Origin: Eledone cirrhosa | Lineage: Eukaryota | Direction: 5' to 3' | Assembly: GCA_964016885.1 (NCBI GenBank) | Contig: OZ024740.1 | Location: 246,388,001-246,452,000 of the forward strand | DNA: 64,000 bases | Shown: one piece after another, positions 42,645 to 55,578 of the stretch | How positions within the stretch are numbered: position 1 is the stretch's first letter | Layout: each line of letters starts with the position of its first letter | Translations under genes and position numbers: made by a program | The notes under the pieces: generated by a model | Databases searched by the model: none | What the model saw: only the letters and a program-made list of their open reading frames with translations | What the model was told of the DNA's origin: nothing

Positions 42645-43480
42645 CACATAAAATAAAGTACCAGTTAAAAGCTTTAGTCGATATAATCGACCTTCCTCTT
42701 CCCCCAATTTGCTGGCCTTGTGTCAATGTTATAAAGAATTATTATTGTTATTGAAAGAAGATGGTGGTGGGTTGGCAGAATTGGTACAGCATCGAATAAA
42801 AGATGTTTGTTTAATTACCTATAATCTCTCTTTTCTTAATAATTGTTTCTATCACAGACAGAGAGGGGAAAGGAGATTAAATTGACCCCAATATACTTTA
42901 TTTTATCAACCCTGGAAGAAAATTGTCCTCAGCGGGATTTGAGCTTACAATGTAAAGTACCGGAACAAACACCGCAATGATATTTTATTCGATGCTGTAC
43001 CAATTCTGCCAACCCACCACCATCTTCTCTCAATAACAATAATAATTCTTTATAACATTGACACAAGGCCAGCAAATTGGGGGAAGAGGAAGGTCGATTA
43101 TATCGACTAAAACTTTTAACTGGTACTTTATTTTATCGACCCCGAAAGGCTGAAAAGCAAAGTTGACCTCGGCAGGATTTGAACACAGAACATAAAACAC
43201 TAACTAAATGTTGATTTCTAATGTAGACACAAGACCAACAAATTTGGTGGAAGGGACTTTATATTTTTGATCATGGAAGGATGAAAGGCAAAGTTAACTA
43301 ATATATAGCAAAGCATTATCTGATGCTGTAACAATTCTGACATTCCGTGCTTAAATTTCAATTAATCAACCGCACTATATAACTGGTATTTTATTTTATC
43401 TAACTTGGGAAGAAGAAAAACGAAGTCGACTTCGGAACGACCGAAGAAAAGGAGCTGTAACTAACAAGTTAGTTTGCCCG
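42645..43480. mobile_element. Nin-domain SINE cluster containing an inverted duplication
   Basis: ATAAAATAAAGTACCAG motifs in both orientations; 42648-42800 is inverted at 42983-43136. Confidence 0.8.
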
Positions 43481-44019
43481 CCTCTCTACTGATTCTGTCA
43501 TTTAAAAAATGATTTCTATCTCACCGATAATCTCAGTAATCACGGGTTGTTTTTGTCTAAGTACACAACTGTACGTTGTTGTTGTTGCTGCTACTGCTGT
43601 TATTGTTACTGTTGTTGTGGTTGTTTAGTCCCAAGTCAACCATGAATAAGCAGGCAGATATACAATCAATGCTGTTCCAGTCATCACCATCCGATAGGCT
43701 TCCACAACATTTTTGTCTATATAATTTCATTCACAAGGACTGGTTTGACTGAGACTATGGTAAACCCTGTACCAACCTTGTCCTAGACGCCACGCAGCGG
43801 GATCGAACAATAAAACTGCAAAGCTTTTTAGCCACTTAGCCAAGACAAGCTTATAGTCAGGTTCTGTATATGATAAGCTCTTCAGTTTCAACGATGGAGT
43901 AGCTAAGTATTCCACAAACACGCATACACTTAGCAGTGGGAACGAACATCAGTATTGCGAAGTGAACGTCTTAGCCATTTAACTAAACTTACGTATATAG
44001 CTTTATGTAAGACTATATT

Positions 44020-44170
44020 ATTGAGTTCAAATCCCACCGAGGGTAGCTTTGCCTTTCATCATCACGAGGTCGATAAAATAAAGTACCAGTAATGCACTGG
44101 GGTCAATTTAATCGACTTTCCCATTCCTTTCAAATTGCTGGCCTTGTGCCAAAAGTAGAAACAATGATTA
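44020..44170 (+). mobile_element. Nin-domain SINE (3' part)
   Basis: GAGTTCAAATCCC..GCCTTTCATC..GTCGATAAAATAAAGTACCAG. Confidence 0.8.
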
Positions 44171-44461
44171 AATGGGTCCTTTTGTTTTTACAACACGGTG
44201 CCGTTGGAGAGATTTTGTTGATATTTATAGCAAGTTGAGTAACGACGTAGGGGTTGTGTTTATGCTTCCCTTGCCTGCTCCAAATAAATGAATACATAAA
44301 TAAACACCAGAAACAAATAAATCAAAGACAAAAAAAGACACTGTGTTGTTCTTGCCGCTTAAACCCCGGTCAGCTCTGACTGAGCAGATCTACTCCAATC
44401 ATGACTCAACTGCCTTTTAATAGATATGCATGCATGTGTGTGTGTGGTGTGGTGATGGTGG

Positions 44462-44518
<57 letters not shown>

Positions 44519-44859
44519 TGTGTGTATGCATATTGGATCTCCGTCGGTTCCGACGACGAGTGTTCCAGTTGTTTGATAAACAGACACGTTTACCCTTAAC
44601 ACAATTCTCAAGGAAATTCAGTGTAACAAATCGTCTAATAAGGCTGGCTCTTTGAATTACAAGTACAATACATTTTTGCCAGCTGAGTGGACTGGAGCAA
44701 CGTAGGTGTCTCGCTCAAGTATACGTGTTGCTAGGAATTGAACTCACAGTGCGACGAATTGCGTCAAGCTGGCCTTTAATATACATTCTTGCACAATTCA
44801 ATTTCCACCTCCCATTTTTCTTTTCTCCTTTCTTTCTTCTTCACACACACAGAGCTACA

Positions 44860-47490
44860 AACACGCAAACACGACGTCCATTTCTGCACTAATCAGAACC
44901 TTCCCTTCGGAAACCCGCAGCCGTCACCACACCAACATCGCAAACTCATCCCCCTACCACTTTCAAGATGTCAATCCGTACTCCAACTCGAACAACATGT
45001 CAAGAACAGCGATTGGTCACTCCATCCCACCCTAACAGGGAGCTACCTGCAGCACACGCACCACTACCAACAGGCGGAAGAGAGGCCGAAACTGTTCAGC
45101 ATGCGACAGTTTCCATCACCTCTCTTGTATCAATCTGACACGTCGAAGCTCGACGTTTTCTCAACGTGGAAATGCAGCAGCTGCCTCTTCTCGCCTGAGC
45201 ATCTGCAGTCTCCCACCACACCCCCAGACGACACAGCATGTCTGTCCAATTCCCAACCCTCACTAGTCAACATCGCTCGGCTTAGACGACTCCGGAAGAT
45301 CCCTCTCTAGATCCCGAAATTAACATTGGGCTCCGATTGTCACAGTGATTGGGACCAATTGTTTCCTTTTGCTCCACTCACACTTGGTCACTCCAACTCT
45401 GATGCTGATTGAGGCAGCTTGTCAACAGCGATCCTAGTCAAGGCCAACATCTCGATCTTCGAGTTGATGTCCTTACCCAGTGTGTCTGAGCAGGTCACAT
45501 TCCACACATTCGTGTGTCCACAATCCTCCACCCCTGAAGCCCAAATCGTTTACCTGACCATGTAAACACCAAACTCATCGAGGCTGATGTCTTGGCTGTT
45601 GTCAGAGCTGTCGCCTCTGACACCGGCCTCTACCGCACTGAGGTCTTGGCTACTCTTCAGCTTAAACATCCATATCCACCTGTAGACCACTTTACGTGGC
45701 TTCCCAGGATGATATCATCTCTGCTCCGAGATCTTTCCTTACCAGCCGCAGCGGAGGTGCCGATGATCTCCGATCCGGTCTCCTCAAAGATTTGGTGTCC
45801 CCTTTCACTGCCGAAGCTGGGTGCGGCTTGCTGAGTGCTATGGTGGCATTACCAACAAATTCATTTATCACCGTTCTTAGGAAGAAAGACGTTGGAATAC
45901 GCCCCATCACGGTAGGTAAGTCTATTGAACCTGAACTAGACGAGGAACTCAGCCCGGTGAAGCTGGGGGTCGGCGTGGCCAGCGGATGTGAGGGAGCCGC
46001 CCACGTCGCTAGATAGTTCATTAAAAACTGTCCTCTTGAGCCAGTGCCGAATGAGCCAAGGCATCTTATCGCCTCCAACTGTCTGTATTACGACCACATG
46101 CTCTAGGCGTGCCTCAGCCATGTCCCGTCCACCTACCCAGTAGCCTACTTGTCATACTGGTCCCTGAGCATGCTCCTCATCGTAGATAAGATAATACCAT
46201 CCTCAACCGCCGTCCAACAGGGTGATCCACTGGGGCGCCTCCTCTTCGCTCTCGGGGTGGATAGCGTTGAACGGAGAATCACTGCTCCTCTCAATGTCTG
46301 GTATCTGGAAGATGCCACGATAGGCACATCTGTCAGGATCCCCAATCAGTCGTTCCCGCTCTGGTGAGAATCGGCTTCGAGATGAATTCGTCCAAGTCGG
46401 TGGTTATGAACATCAATTACGACGCACAGGGCTTTGCGGCCTCCATCACGGACGTGCGATCATCACTCCATCAGGTGTAGGTGACCCCCACCCCCAAGGA
46501 AGAGGTCCTTATTCTCGGGTCACCGATCCTCCCGCCTGCCCTCAGGTTCAGACTATGCCAGCTAGAATCCCTGACGAGTAGATTGAGTTTGATTGACGCC
46601 CACCCGACACTCTTATACACCTTCCACAGTGCCCCCTGCTAGAGCCAATCATCTTTATTCGCATATATCGACGCCTGCATCCAACTGGCTGCTGGGGAAA
46701 TATGAAAGTACAGTTTGACGACACCGGATGACAGCAGCCCATGTTACCCATCAAATATGGCGGTCTTCGGTCTCCTGTCCCACTGACCCTGTCTGCTTTC
46801 CTTTTGCTGATGACCTCTTGCCACATCCTCATTAATAGGGTTCTCTACAACACAGCTGAAGCTGCTGTGATCGAGGACGGCGAAGCGGCCTACGTGACGT
46901 GGAACCAGTTCTGCCTTCACCCTGTCAACGCCAACTCCCCTCTTCCCTCAGTTGACGTCCAGTTCCCCCAAAAGAAATGGGATGTCAACCTTTGCAACAT
47001 GATTTCAGACCTTCCACACTATGCTGCTCTCAATGAGATCATAAAGCATGGCCTGAATGGCGCAGTCATCCCTTCCCAGCTCGAGCTAGTAGAGTTGGGT
47101 TGAGGGACGGCAAAAGGTTAGAAGGCATGACAATCTTTCCATTCAACGAAGGTAGCCCACATCTGGGGATGCCACATGCTGTGACACCTATTGATGTGTT
47201 CGGCTACCAACCCAGGCTCTGCGGCCCGCCAAGCCGATGAGGGTAAACTGTTCAAGTATCGGCCACTCTCAGATGGTTTGTGATAGTGGCTGTAGTAGTG
47301 GAGACTTCCGGCGTTTTTGGCACCTGGACCACATCCTTACTCACTGCTCTCTGGGAGGAGTTGGCGGCCTGCAGATGCAAACCCCGTGAGGCGGAGTGGC
47401 TGTTTCAGCGCGTTTTCCTCACCGTCCTCCGGGGAAATGCATTCTCCACCCTGTTGGCCGGAACCCAGAGGCGGAAGTTAAGTTAGTTAG
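44860..47490 (+). pseudogene. Decayed CRE-clade non-LTR retrotransposon (RT + restriction-like endonuclease)
   Basis: KKDVGIRPITVG, LGVGVASGCEGAAH, VQQGDPLGRLLFAL, WYLEDATI, LPIKYGGL, DGKRLEGMTIFPF..WDATCCDT, VVETSGVFG..LFQRVFLTVLRGNA; many stops and frameshifts. Confidence 0.82.
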
Positions 47491-48229
47491 AGGTAGAGGA
47501 TACTAGTTCGGACGTCACTTCTACAACTAAACTATATTTACTAAGTTCCGTATTTGACGCTCTTTTTTTTTTTCTTTTAGCAAAAAAAATCACCTTACAT
47601 TCGTGAGCAGAACACAGTAACCACTAAACAACGCTAAGCGTATATTATAAAGTTTACCCACCATTTGTTTATAAACAGTATAATGTGACATGAGGTTATT
47701 TGGCTATAACTAACTGGTCGAGTGACGGATGTGAAGCTTTCGTGATGGCTCATCTGAAGCAAGGTATTGTGACGGACACTTCTTTTTCAGGGCATTAAAT
47801 ATTTGAACCGAAAATAAGATATTGACTTCACCCTCTGTGAATGTACCCGTTCATTCTTAAGCACTTGCCAAACAAAACCCTTAATAATATCATCCCCGCT
47901 GCCACCACCAGCACCATTGCCACCTTCACCATCACCATCTCCATCATCACAAATCCTTGCCCCATCATCATCATCATCATTATCAAAAGCAGTAGTTGGC
48001 ACGCACATAAACACGTGTGAAGCATAGAATGGAAAACCGAAATTTGAGCGAAAGAAGATCGATAAATGTTTAAACGATTTCCTGTTGATTATGGAATCTT
48101 TCAGGTCGAACATTAAACAAAGATTGTAGACGAGAGAGAGAGTATAGAAGTGAAAATGTGAAGATTTACAAAAGACAAACAATTATATACATATATCTTG
48201 GTTGTCAATCGTGAACGATGATGGCATCT

Positions 48230-48900
48230 TCTTTAATTTAGTTCCCGTCTGCCGTGGGCACGAAGGTGGCTGTGGAGGCCGATCCTTGACTTGCAGGACC
48301 GGGGACAGTGGGGGAAGAGGAAGAGACCGGAGTCGCTTGGGGCAGCTGTTGATGCCTTTCTCCTCCTTTCACGCGCCTCAGTGACCTCTGTCTGTCTCTT
48401 CTCTTCAAAAGAGTCCTTGACTATGTATTGATGAACGAATAAATATTCTCAGTCCTGTCCTGAGCATGGGACTCGAGTTGTTTTTTTTTTTTTGGGGGGG
48501 GGGGGGGCGATTCCAGTGTTGTTGATACTGGACTTCACGCAGTCTTTGAACCTCTTGAGAGGCCTGCCCCGCTTTCGTTTCCCCGAACAGAGTTCCCCAT
48601 ACATCAGTTGCTTCGGAAGCCTGTGATTGTCCATCCGGATGACATGTCACACCATCGAAGTTGGCTCTTCAGTATCATAGCTTCGACACTGGTTGTCTCA
48701 GCCATGTCAAGAACTTTGAGGTTGGAGACCTTGTCCTGCCATTTGATGTTCATGATTGACCGCAGACTGGGCATGTGGAACCATGTTTCACATCCGTTGA
48801 GGAGGCTGGTGAGAACAACGGCCCTGTACACCTTGAGCTTGGTGGACTGCCTGATGTTGTGCTGGTTCAGGATACGTGTCATCAGGCGGCCAAGTGCTTG
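48230..48900 (-). mobile_element. RTE LINE 3' fragment
   Basis: TKLKVYRAVVLTSLLNGCETW, QLRW, RLPKQLMYGELCSGKRKRGRPLKRFKD. Confidence 0.85.
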
Positions 48901-48918
48901 ACTGTACTTACTATGTGT

Positions 48919-48999
48919 GCCCTTACCGCGGTTTCAGATCCCAAACAAATAGATAATCCAAGCGGATTTCCATTGAGAAAGAGATCATCGTCAGAAGGC
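48919..48999 (-). ncRNA. Type I hammerhead ribozyme
   Basis: GCCTT CTGACGA T-GATCT...GGATC-T GAAA CCGCGG TA AGGGC. Confidence 0.8.
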
Positions 49000-49149
49000 T
49001 TTTCTCTCTCGGAGAATATAAAATTCCCGAGTTCAAATTACAGACTGGTGCTATTCAGAACTGCCTCAGAATGAGAGTAAATGAATGATGAAACAATTTC
49101 TTTATGGTACCATGTGCAAAGACAAAAGTACGGTGGACAGGTCAATTCC

Positions 49150-49330
49150 GTGCTGCTAAAAATAGCGAGAAGCCGCTGTTAGCTAACTCCGTGTTATAGT
49201 AGTGTGCCGCTCTGTCAAAGATAGCCTTATTAGAGGAGAGGTTTGAGATTCTAGTACTGATATTATTTACTAAGTTTCTAAAAACAGTGGGAGGGTGGCA
49301 TGAGTCCTTATGAATGTGGACTATGTATTG
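49150..49330 (-). mobile_element. Penelope-like RT C-terminal fragment
   Basis: HIHKDSCHPPTVFRNLVNNISTRISNLSSNKAIFDRAAHYYNTELANSGF, homologous to 62460-62615. Confidence 0.8.
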
Positions 49331-49623
49331 ATGAACGAATAAATATTCTAAAGAGATTACGCAATAGCGATTGCCTAAACTCATGGTATGAATTCTTCAC
49401 ACGTTGTCCACACGCCTGGAAACACCTCTTACATAACTACAAAACTCCGGATTGAATTACAACAACATCCTAATTTTCTTATCAACTATAAACTTTCGGA
49501 CTTTCGCAATTATCTCCCTTACACCTCTCGCACGCAATTTAGTATTGCCTGAGTGAAGTGATCGTTTCTGCGCATGCGCGTTCGTACGGTTGCCTTTCCC
49601 GTTCCGTATAACCATGTCCATTA

Positions 49624-49661
49624 CGAGCTGAGGATCCGCTAAGGTGAAACAATTGTTCTCG
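49624..49661 (+). ncRNA. Minimal type I hammerhead motif (Penelope end)
   Basis: CGAG CTGAGGA TCC-GCTAA-GGT GAAA CAATTG TT CTCG. Confidence 0.65.
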
Positions 49662-49705
49662 GTATGGTGAACTAACTTGTGTAACCACTTATATATATAT
49701 ATATA

Positions 49706-50556
49706 CAGGGTGCGGACGATATCTGTTCGGAAGATTATTGCCTAGGAAAATATAATACAGTAGTTTTATTTTTTAAGATATATTTATCAAACTTGGGTCA
49801 GTTTGTCTTCATGACTTGTTCTTTCGATCTCACTCGATAAACCCGCCATTGGCTTTGATGACGGCCTCGGAACTGGCTACAGGCCTTCGTCACTGTCCCC
49901 CGACTTAAGCCCCTAAAGGCACTTGTGATCCTGGCCTTCAGATCGTCTTTCGTATTGCAGCTAGATCTGTTGGTGTCTCGTTCCACTGCGCCCCACACAA
50001 AGAAGTCGAGGGGGTTGCAGTCAGGCGAGCTGGGAGGCCAGATGTCAGGTGAAGTGTGGTCGACGAAGTTCTCTGACAGCCAGGCTTGGGTCTTTCGGCT
50101 GGTATGGCAGGGCGCTGAGTCTTGCTGCCACACGTACGGCCTACCTGCAGCTACCTGGTCGATCCAGGGCTTTACTACCTCGCTCAGAACGCGGATGTAG
50201 CCATCGGTGTTCAGCTTGAGGCCCTCAGGGAAGAAGTGAGGTGGCATGACGTCACCTTGACTGCTGACGACACCTAAGACCAATGTTGTCGCTGGAAACT
50301 TTGTCTGCATGACTCTGGGCACATCTTTGGATGAGACAGCGAGTCACCTGTTGTTCTGGCAGTTGGTCTTCTGGTCTTATTTGTCCTCCCGGCGCGGATT
50401 CCAAGAAGAACTGAGTGTCTCTTCCACAAATTTGGAGGTTCAAAATTATTCATAATCAATTATTCTGAAAATAAATAATGGAAATATAATCACTGTTTTT
50501 ATGAAGACAAGAGTGACAACGGAAGTAAATAAAATTTGCATAATATCATCCGCACC

Positions 50557-50559
<3 letters not shown>
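49706..50559 (-). mobile_element. Internally deleted Tc1/mariner transposon, DD37D (maT) family
   Basis: TIRs CAGGGTGCGGAYGATAT, flanking TA; VWQQDSAPCH...WPPSSPDCNPLDFFVWG with 37 residues between the two Asp. Confidence 0.9.
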
Positions 50560-50603
<44 letters not shown>

Positions 50604-50604
<1 letters not shown>

Positions 50605-51714
50605 TAGCAGAAAAACCTCCGCGGGCGGTTTTCTGCCAGCATAATTAGTGTGCATATTGGTATTATACGCAAATATATATGCATATAGATATATGTAAAT
50701 TGAAAAATAAATTGACAATATCTTCTTCTTCTTCGCCCACTTATTTCTAAGAGGGTCGTGGAGGCAGAGTCCTTCTCAAACACTCCTTCCAGCGAGTCTG
50801 TCAGTAACAAACATCTTTAACTGATCCAGCTAGATCCCAAAGCGTGACCAGCCAAGCTCATGGATGTTATCCAACTATCTTGCTCAGGGTCTACCTCTGG
50901 GTCTCCTGTCGGTTGGTTTTGCCTGTAAAATGTGTCCAGCGATTCTTTACTGAGACATTCTAACCACATGCTCATAATATCGGAGTTGTGATCTCTCAAT
51001 TCGGAGAAGTAGCGGCTCTACCAGGAGTGACTCTCTGGTCTCTGAGCTATGAACTTTATCGAGTAACGTTACTCCAAAGACCCTTCGGAGGAATCCTATT
51101 TCTACCGCTTTTATTTGCAAATGAGTTTTTTAAAAAAGTGTTAAACTGTGTTGTTAATAAATAAATAAAACGTTATACTTGTTTTACCCTCCCATTTCCA
51201 ATTCATCGAACACTATCATGACTGTATGTATGTATTTGTGTAAATGTATGTGTGAATGTGTCTTTGTGTGAATGTTTTATCTGAATGTATGTTTGTGAAC
51301 GTGTATTTTTATAATTTTGTGTTTGCGCGATTATAGTTATATACTCATAATAGTTATATACTCATACATATAGATGTATGTATGTGCACAATCATACGCA
51401 TCAGCGTGTAGAAAATCATAATGACTCTATCTCTCTTTATCTCTCTCATCAGAAACTCTCTCTTTTTCTATATATGGTAGTTGAAGTGGTGGTGGTGGCG
51501 ACGATATACCGGAAGTGGAGAAATCTGAAATTTTGAAAAGAAGTAAATTTTAAATTATTCATAAATACGAAATTTAGTTACGAAATTTAGTACATAAATT
51601 ATGTAGTATTCATTCATTATGTATTCAAAGTAATCGAACTTATTTTACAAACAGGATAAAAAATGTTATTCTGGATGCAGTCTCGCGCACTAACTTTATT
51701 ATACTTTAGATAGA
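50604..51714 (-). mobile_element. Non-autonomous Helitron interrupted by an RTE fragment (50722-51118)
   Basis: Minus strand: 5' TCTATCTAAAGTATAATAAAG; 3' hairpin GCAGAAAACCGCCCGCGGAGGTTTTTCTGC + TAG. Confidence 0.7.
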
Positions 51715-51729
51715 TATATATATATACAC

Positions 51730-53715
51730 AAAACCAATAATCTAACTAAACACTTCTCCATCCGAACTCCCGGCTGTCTGCGACCGAAAGATTTACCACG
51801 AGCATGCACCATATTACAACGATGCCCTTCGACGCAGTGGATTTAACCAAGACATAAGAGCTCCAAGAGGCACGCGACCACCGCCAGATCAAGAAACGTA
51901 GGGTTACGTGGTATAATCCTCCCCACAATGAGGAAGTGGAAACACCTCTCGCTCGGATCGTCTTCGGGACGATCCAGAGGAACTTCCTACCACAGCACCG
52001 GTACCGCAGGAGTTTCAATAAAAATACTGTAAAGCTATCCTACTCAACAACACCAAATATAGCACAGAGTATTGCTGCATCTAACAAGATCAAACTCAGC
52101 AGACACAAACCTCACGATTCAAGCAACCCGATCATAGAACAATACTACAATTGCCGCCACCAGGAGGAGTTCCCTCTGAACTCCAAATGCCTAACTACCA
52201 AGGTAGTATATAAATGCGAGGTCACCACCAGCACACAAAGAAAAGCATACATAAGTATGACGGCTAACACTTTCAAATCCTGATTCACGTAGTACAAATA
52301 TTTTTTCCGTCACCCAGAGCGTAAGCACACAACAATCTTCTCCAGCCACATCTGGCGGCTGCGCAAAAATGGAATACCCTACAACTATGCTGGACTACCA
52401 TTACTAGGGCCCTACCCTACCCAGGAGGGAGAGGTCTCTGTAACCTGTACTCGACCGAGGCACTTTGCATAATATTCGACAAGGACACATTAATAAATAA
52501 AAAATCAGAACTAGTCAGCAAATGTATGCACCGCATACAAAAACCATACCTATGCCTCAAACTAACAAACAGCTTTAGAGGCTAACGACCCATACCTACC
52601 AAGCGTGGGTGCTCAAAACAATCGGCAGTTATGCCTGCGCAGTGACATGTACCTGGACTAAACCCCACTCTACACACCTTCCCAAGCACCCGCACTTTCT
52701 CCAAGAACCCACTTCTAGAGACCTCAGGCTTACACCCTAGTCTCTCATCCACGCATAGTGTACTCACTTATCACCAACACTGTACCACCAACAGACCACT
52801 ACCTGTAAATTTGCATATATTTTCTTGCCATGTGTATATGTGCCGATAACCTTAAACCCCTTCTTCCTTGATTCTTGTTTTGGTATATGAATCTAGTTTG
52901 TACATGTGTGCATGCATGTGTATGATACTTGTAGGTGCGTGTGCAGACAATCCTACACCCCCTCCTCATTTGGATATACGTGAACCCATGTAGAAGCATG
53001 GGCGCTGACAATTCTACCCCTCTTCCCATAGGAACATGCATGTGCCTGTTTGTGCATAGGTTAACAACTCTTTCCACTTATTCATTTTCTATCTAAATTC
53101 TTACCTTATCCCACTCCTTCCATTAAAATAATATCTGACTCTTTTATTCGTGTATCCTCATGTAAAACCTTCTAAAAGTCCCCAATATCTTTTTGTATGT
53201 GCCTCTGTGTAGGCAGTGTGCACACACATAGTACATATACTTTATCACTGGTTACCAACCCATATAATCCACTTAACCTATCTTTAAACCTCTATATTTG
53301 ACCGGATCTAATTTGAAGCTATTTCCTAATTTATTTAACCATCGGCCCATTTACTTCTATATAACCCACCTTTTACTGTTAATTCTTACTTAAAAATACA
53401 CTTTCAGCTTATAAGCCCCATCTCTAAATAACCCATCCACCCTCTATTTCTAAGACCATTATGCTCCTTCTCCTACTCCACTCCTACCCCCACTACTCCC
53501 TTCCCCTGACCCCTTACCGGTCTAGATACACTTACCACTGTCTACCCCCCACTTTCTCCATTTGATTAGTTTACTACTATGATAAACCTAACCAAAGCAC
53601 TACCAAGACCAGTGACTCATTTTTTCATACCCTACAGATATTACTATACCCTTAAAAAGGCTCGCTGAACACACAAGTCGAAACCGCTTGGCGCCGCAGT
53701 CGGGATTTTACCTCG
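51730..53715 (+). mobile_element. Decayed Penelope-like element 3' half (linker, GIY-YIG, long 3' UTR, hammerhead remnant 53649-53704)
   Basis: RRVTWYNPPHN, FNKNTVKLSYS, PLNSKCLTTKVVYKCEV..YISMTANTFK. Confidence 0.85.
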
Positions 53716-53728
53716 TTCTCTCTCGCCT

Positions 53729-53833
<105 letters not shown>

Positions 53834-53875
53834 AAATTAACTCGAAAATAGAGTTTTGAGACGCGAGTGTATTAG

Positions 53876-54258
53876 GATTCTCAGGAAAATAAGAAAAAAT
53901 AGAATATGCTAATAGAATTTTCTCATAGAAAAACAGAAAAACATTTTTTTAAAAACAATTTATAGTATTAGTTTCAGTCGATAAATATTTCCACTTCTTC
54001 ATTCTACAGGAAATATGATAAAAAAGTATATAATAAAGTTATGGAGAGAGATCAGTGGCTCGATATGAGTTCACTCGAATGAAGGAAGAGAAGATAGTAT
54101 GGAGGAATATCCTATCTTCTCTTTCTTCATTCGAGTTAACTCACATCTAGCCGCTGATCTCTGTCATTCGAGGTAATATTTTACCCAAAACTGCTTCGAC
54201 AGTATTTTGCTGTTCTAACAGCTTCCATACGCCGAGTTTCCCCATTTTCCTGAGAATC
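53876..54258. repeat. Structured foldback element (15-bp outer IR, ~55-bp inner hairpin)
   Basis: GATTCTCAGGAAAAT / ATTTTCCTGAGAATC; inner hairpin 54047-54162. Confidence 0.65.
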
Positions 54259-54264
54259 GATATA

Positions 54265-55290
54265 TCTATATATATAAAATAGACTATGTGTGTGTAGTGC
54301 GTGTGTGTGGTGTGTGTGTGTGTGTCTGTTTCCGCATAACTTCTACAACTTGTAACCGATTTTTGTCAAATTTGGCACAAACATGCGTTATGCTCGTGAC
54401 CTTTGTACAAACTCATTACCTTTTCAAATTTGTGTCTACTGTGCCCTCTATAAAAGAAAAAACAACTTTAAAAAATCATTTTTGTCAATAAATTCTACAG
54501 TTTATAGCCGATTTCCTTCAAATTTGGAACAACCATACATTATGTTCCCGACTTTATTTTGGACTCAAGACGTTTTGTTTAGTGCACTCCCCTGGACTAG
54601 AAAAAAACGAATCGAAAAAATCCGCATCGTTATAACGCCTACAGTTTGCGACCGATTTCCTTCAAATTTGAAACAACTATGCCTCATGTACCAAACGTTA
54701 TTTTGGACTAACCGATTTTCCGAGTTTTTATCTATTTCGGGCCCTGTGTGAGAAAAACTAAATTAAAAAAAGTATCGACCTCAATAACTCCTACAGTTTG
54801 CGGCCGGATTTATTCAAATTGGCACCAATTATGCATTGTGCTCCGTTTAATATTTTTTACTCATAAGATTTTAGTTGTTCTGCCTACTGTAGCCCCTAGC
54901 AGCAGAAAATCAACTCAAACGGCCAACTCAATTGCATGGTTTACTACTTGGTCCATGCGGGTTTATCGATTTTTACCCCCACTGGCATAGCACGTGATAT
55001 TTAGTATAAAGGGTGCATTTCATAAGACATCGGTTGTACCAGAAAAAGCTTAATTGGTGAAAAAGAGTCAGAACGGATCTATTGAAAAAGTCCCCGCCAA
55101 CGGTTATCAACAATAACACCGGGTGTTACTGGTTTATTTTTTCACCAAAGAAGTAGGGTACAAACTACAACCTATGTTTCCGCTTCATGTGCGCAACTCA
55201 CAATCATATTTGATTTTTCATTTATACGTGTTACTACACTTTTGAAGTTTAATTTCTCCAATCCCATGCAACGCTGGGCTCCACTGCTAT
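54265..55290 (+). mobile_element. Non-autonomous Helitron
   Basis: 5' TCTATATATATAAAA + (TG)n; internal ~125-bp subrepeats (ACAGTTT..CCGATTT..TCAAATT); 3' CCCATGCAACGCTGGG..CTGCTA. Confidence 0.7.
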
Positions 55291-55463
55291 ATAATATAAA
55301 AGAAAGATGTTTATTGCTTGAATCACACGAACACTACACACACACACACACATACACACACACATCTAAAGAGAGGGAGACACACAGATGGAGAGGCAGA
55401 AAGAGAGAGAGAGAGATAGGCCGTTATACACAGAGAGATACGATTAAAGTGTTAGATATTCAA

Positions 55464-55568
<105 letters not shown>

Positions 55569-55578
55569 CATATATATA

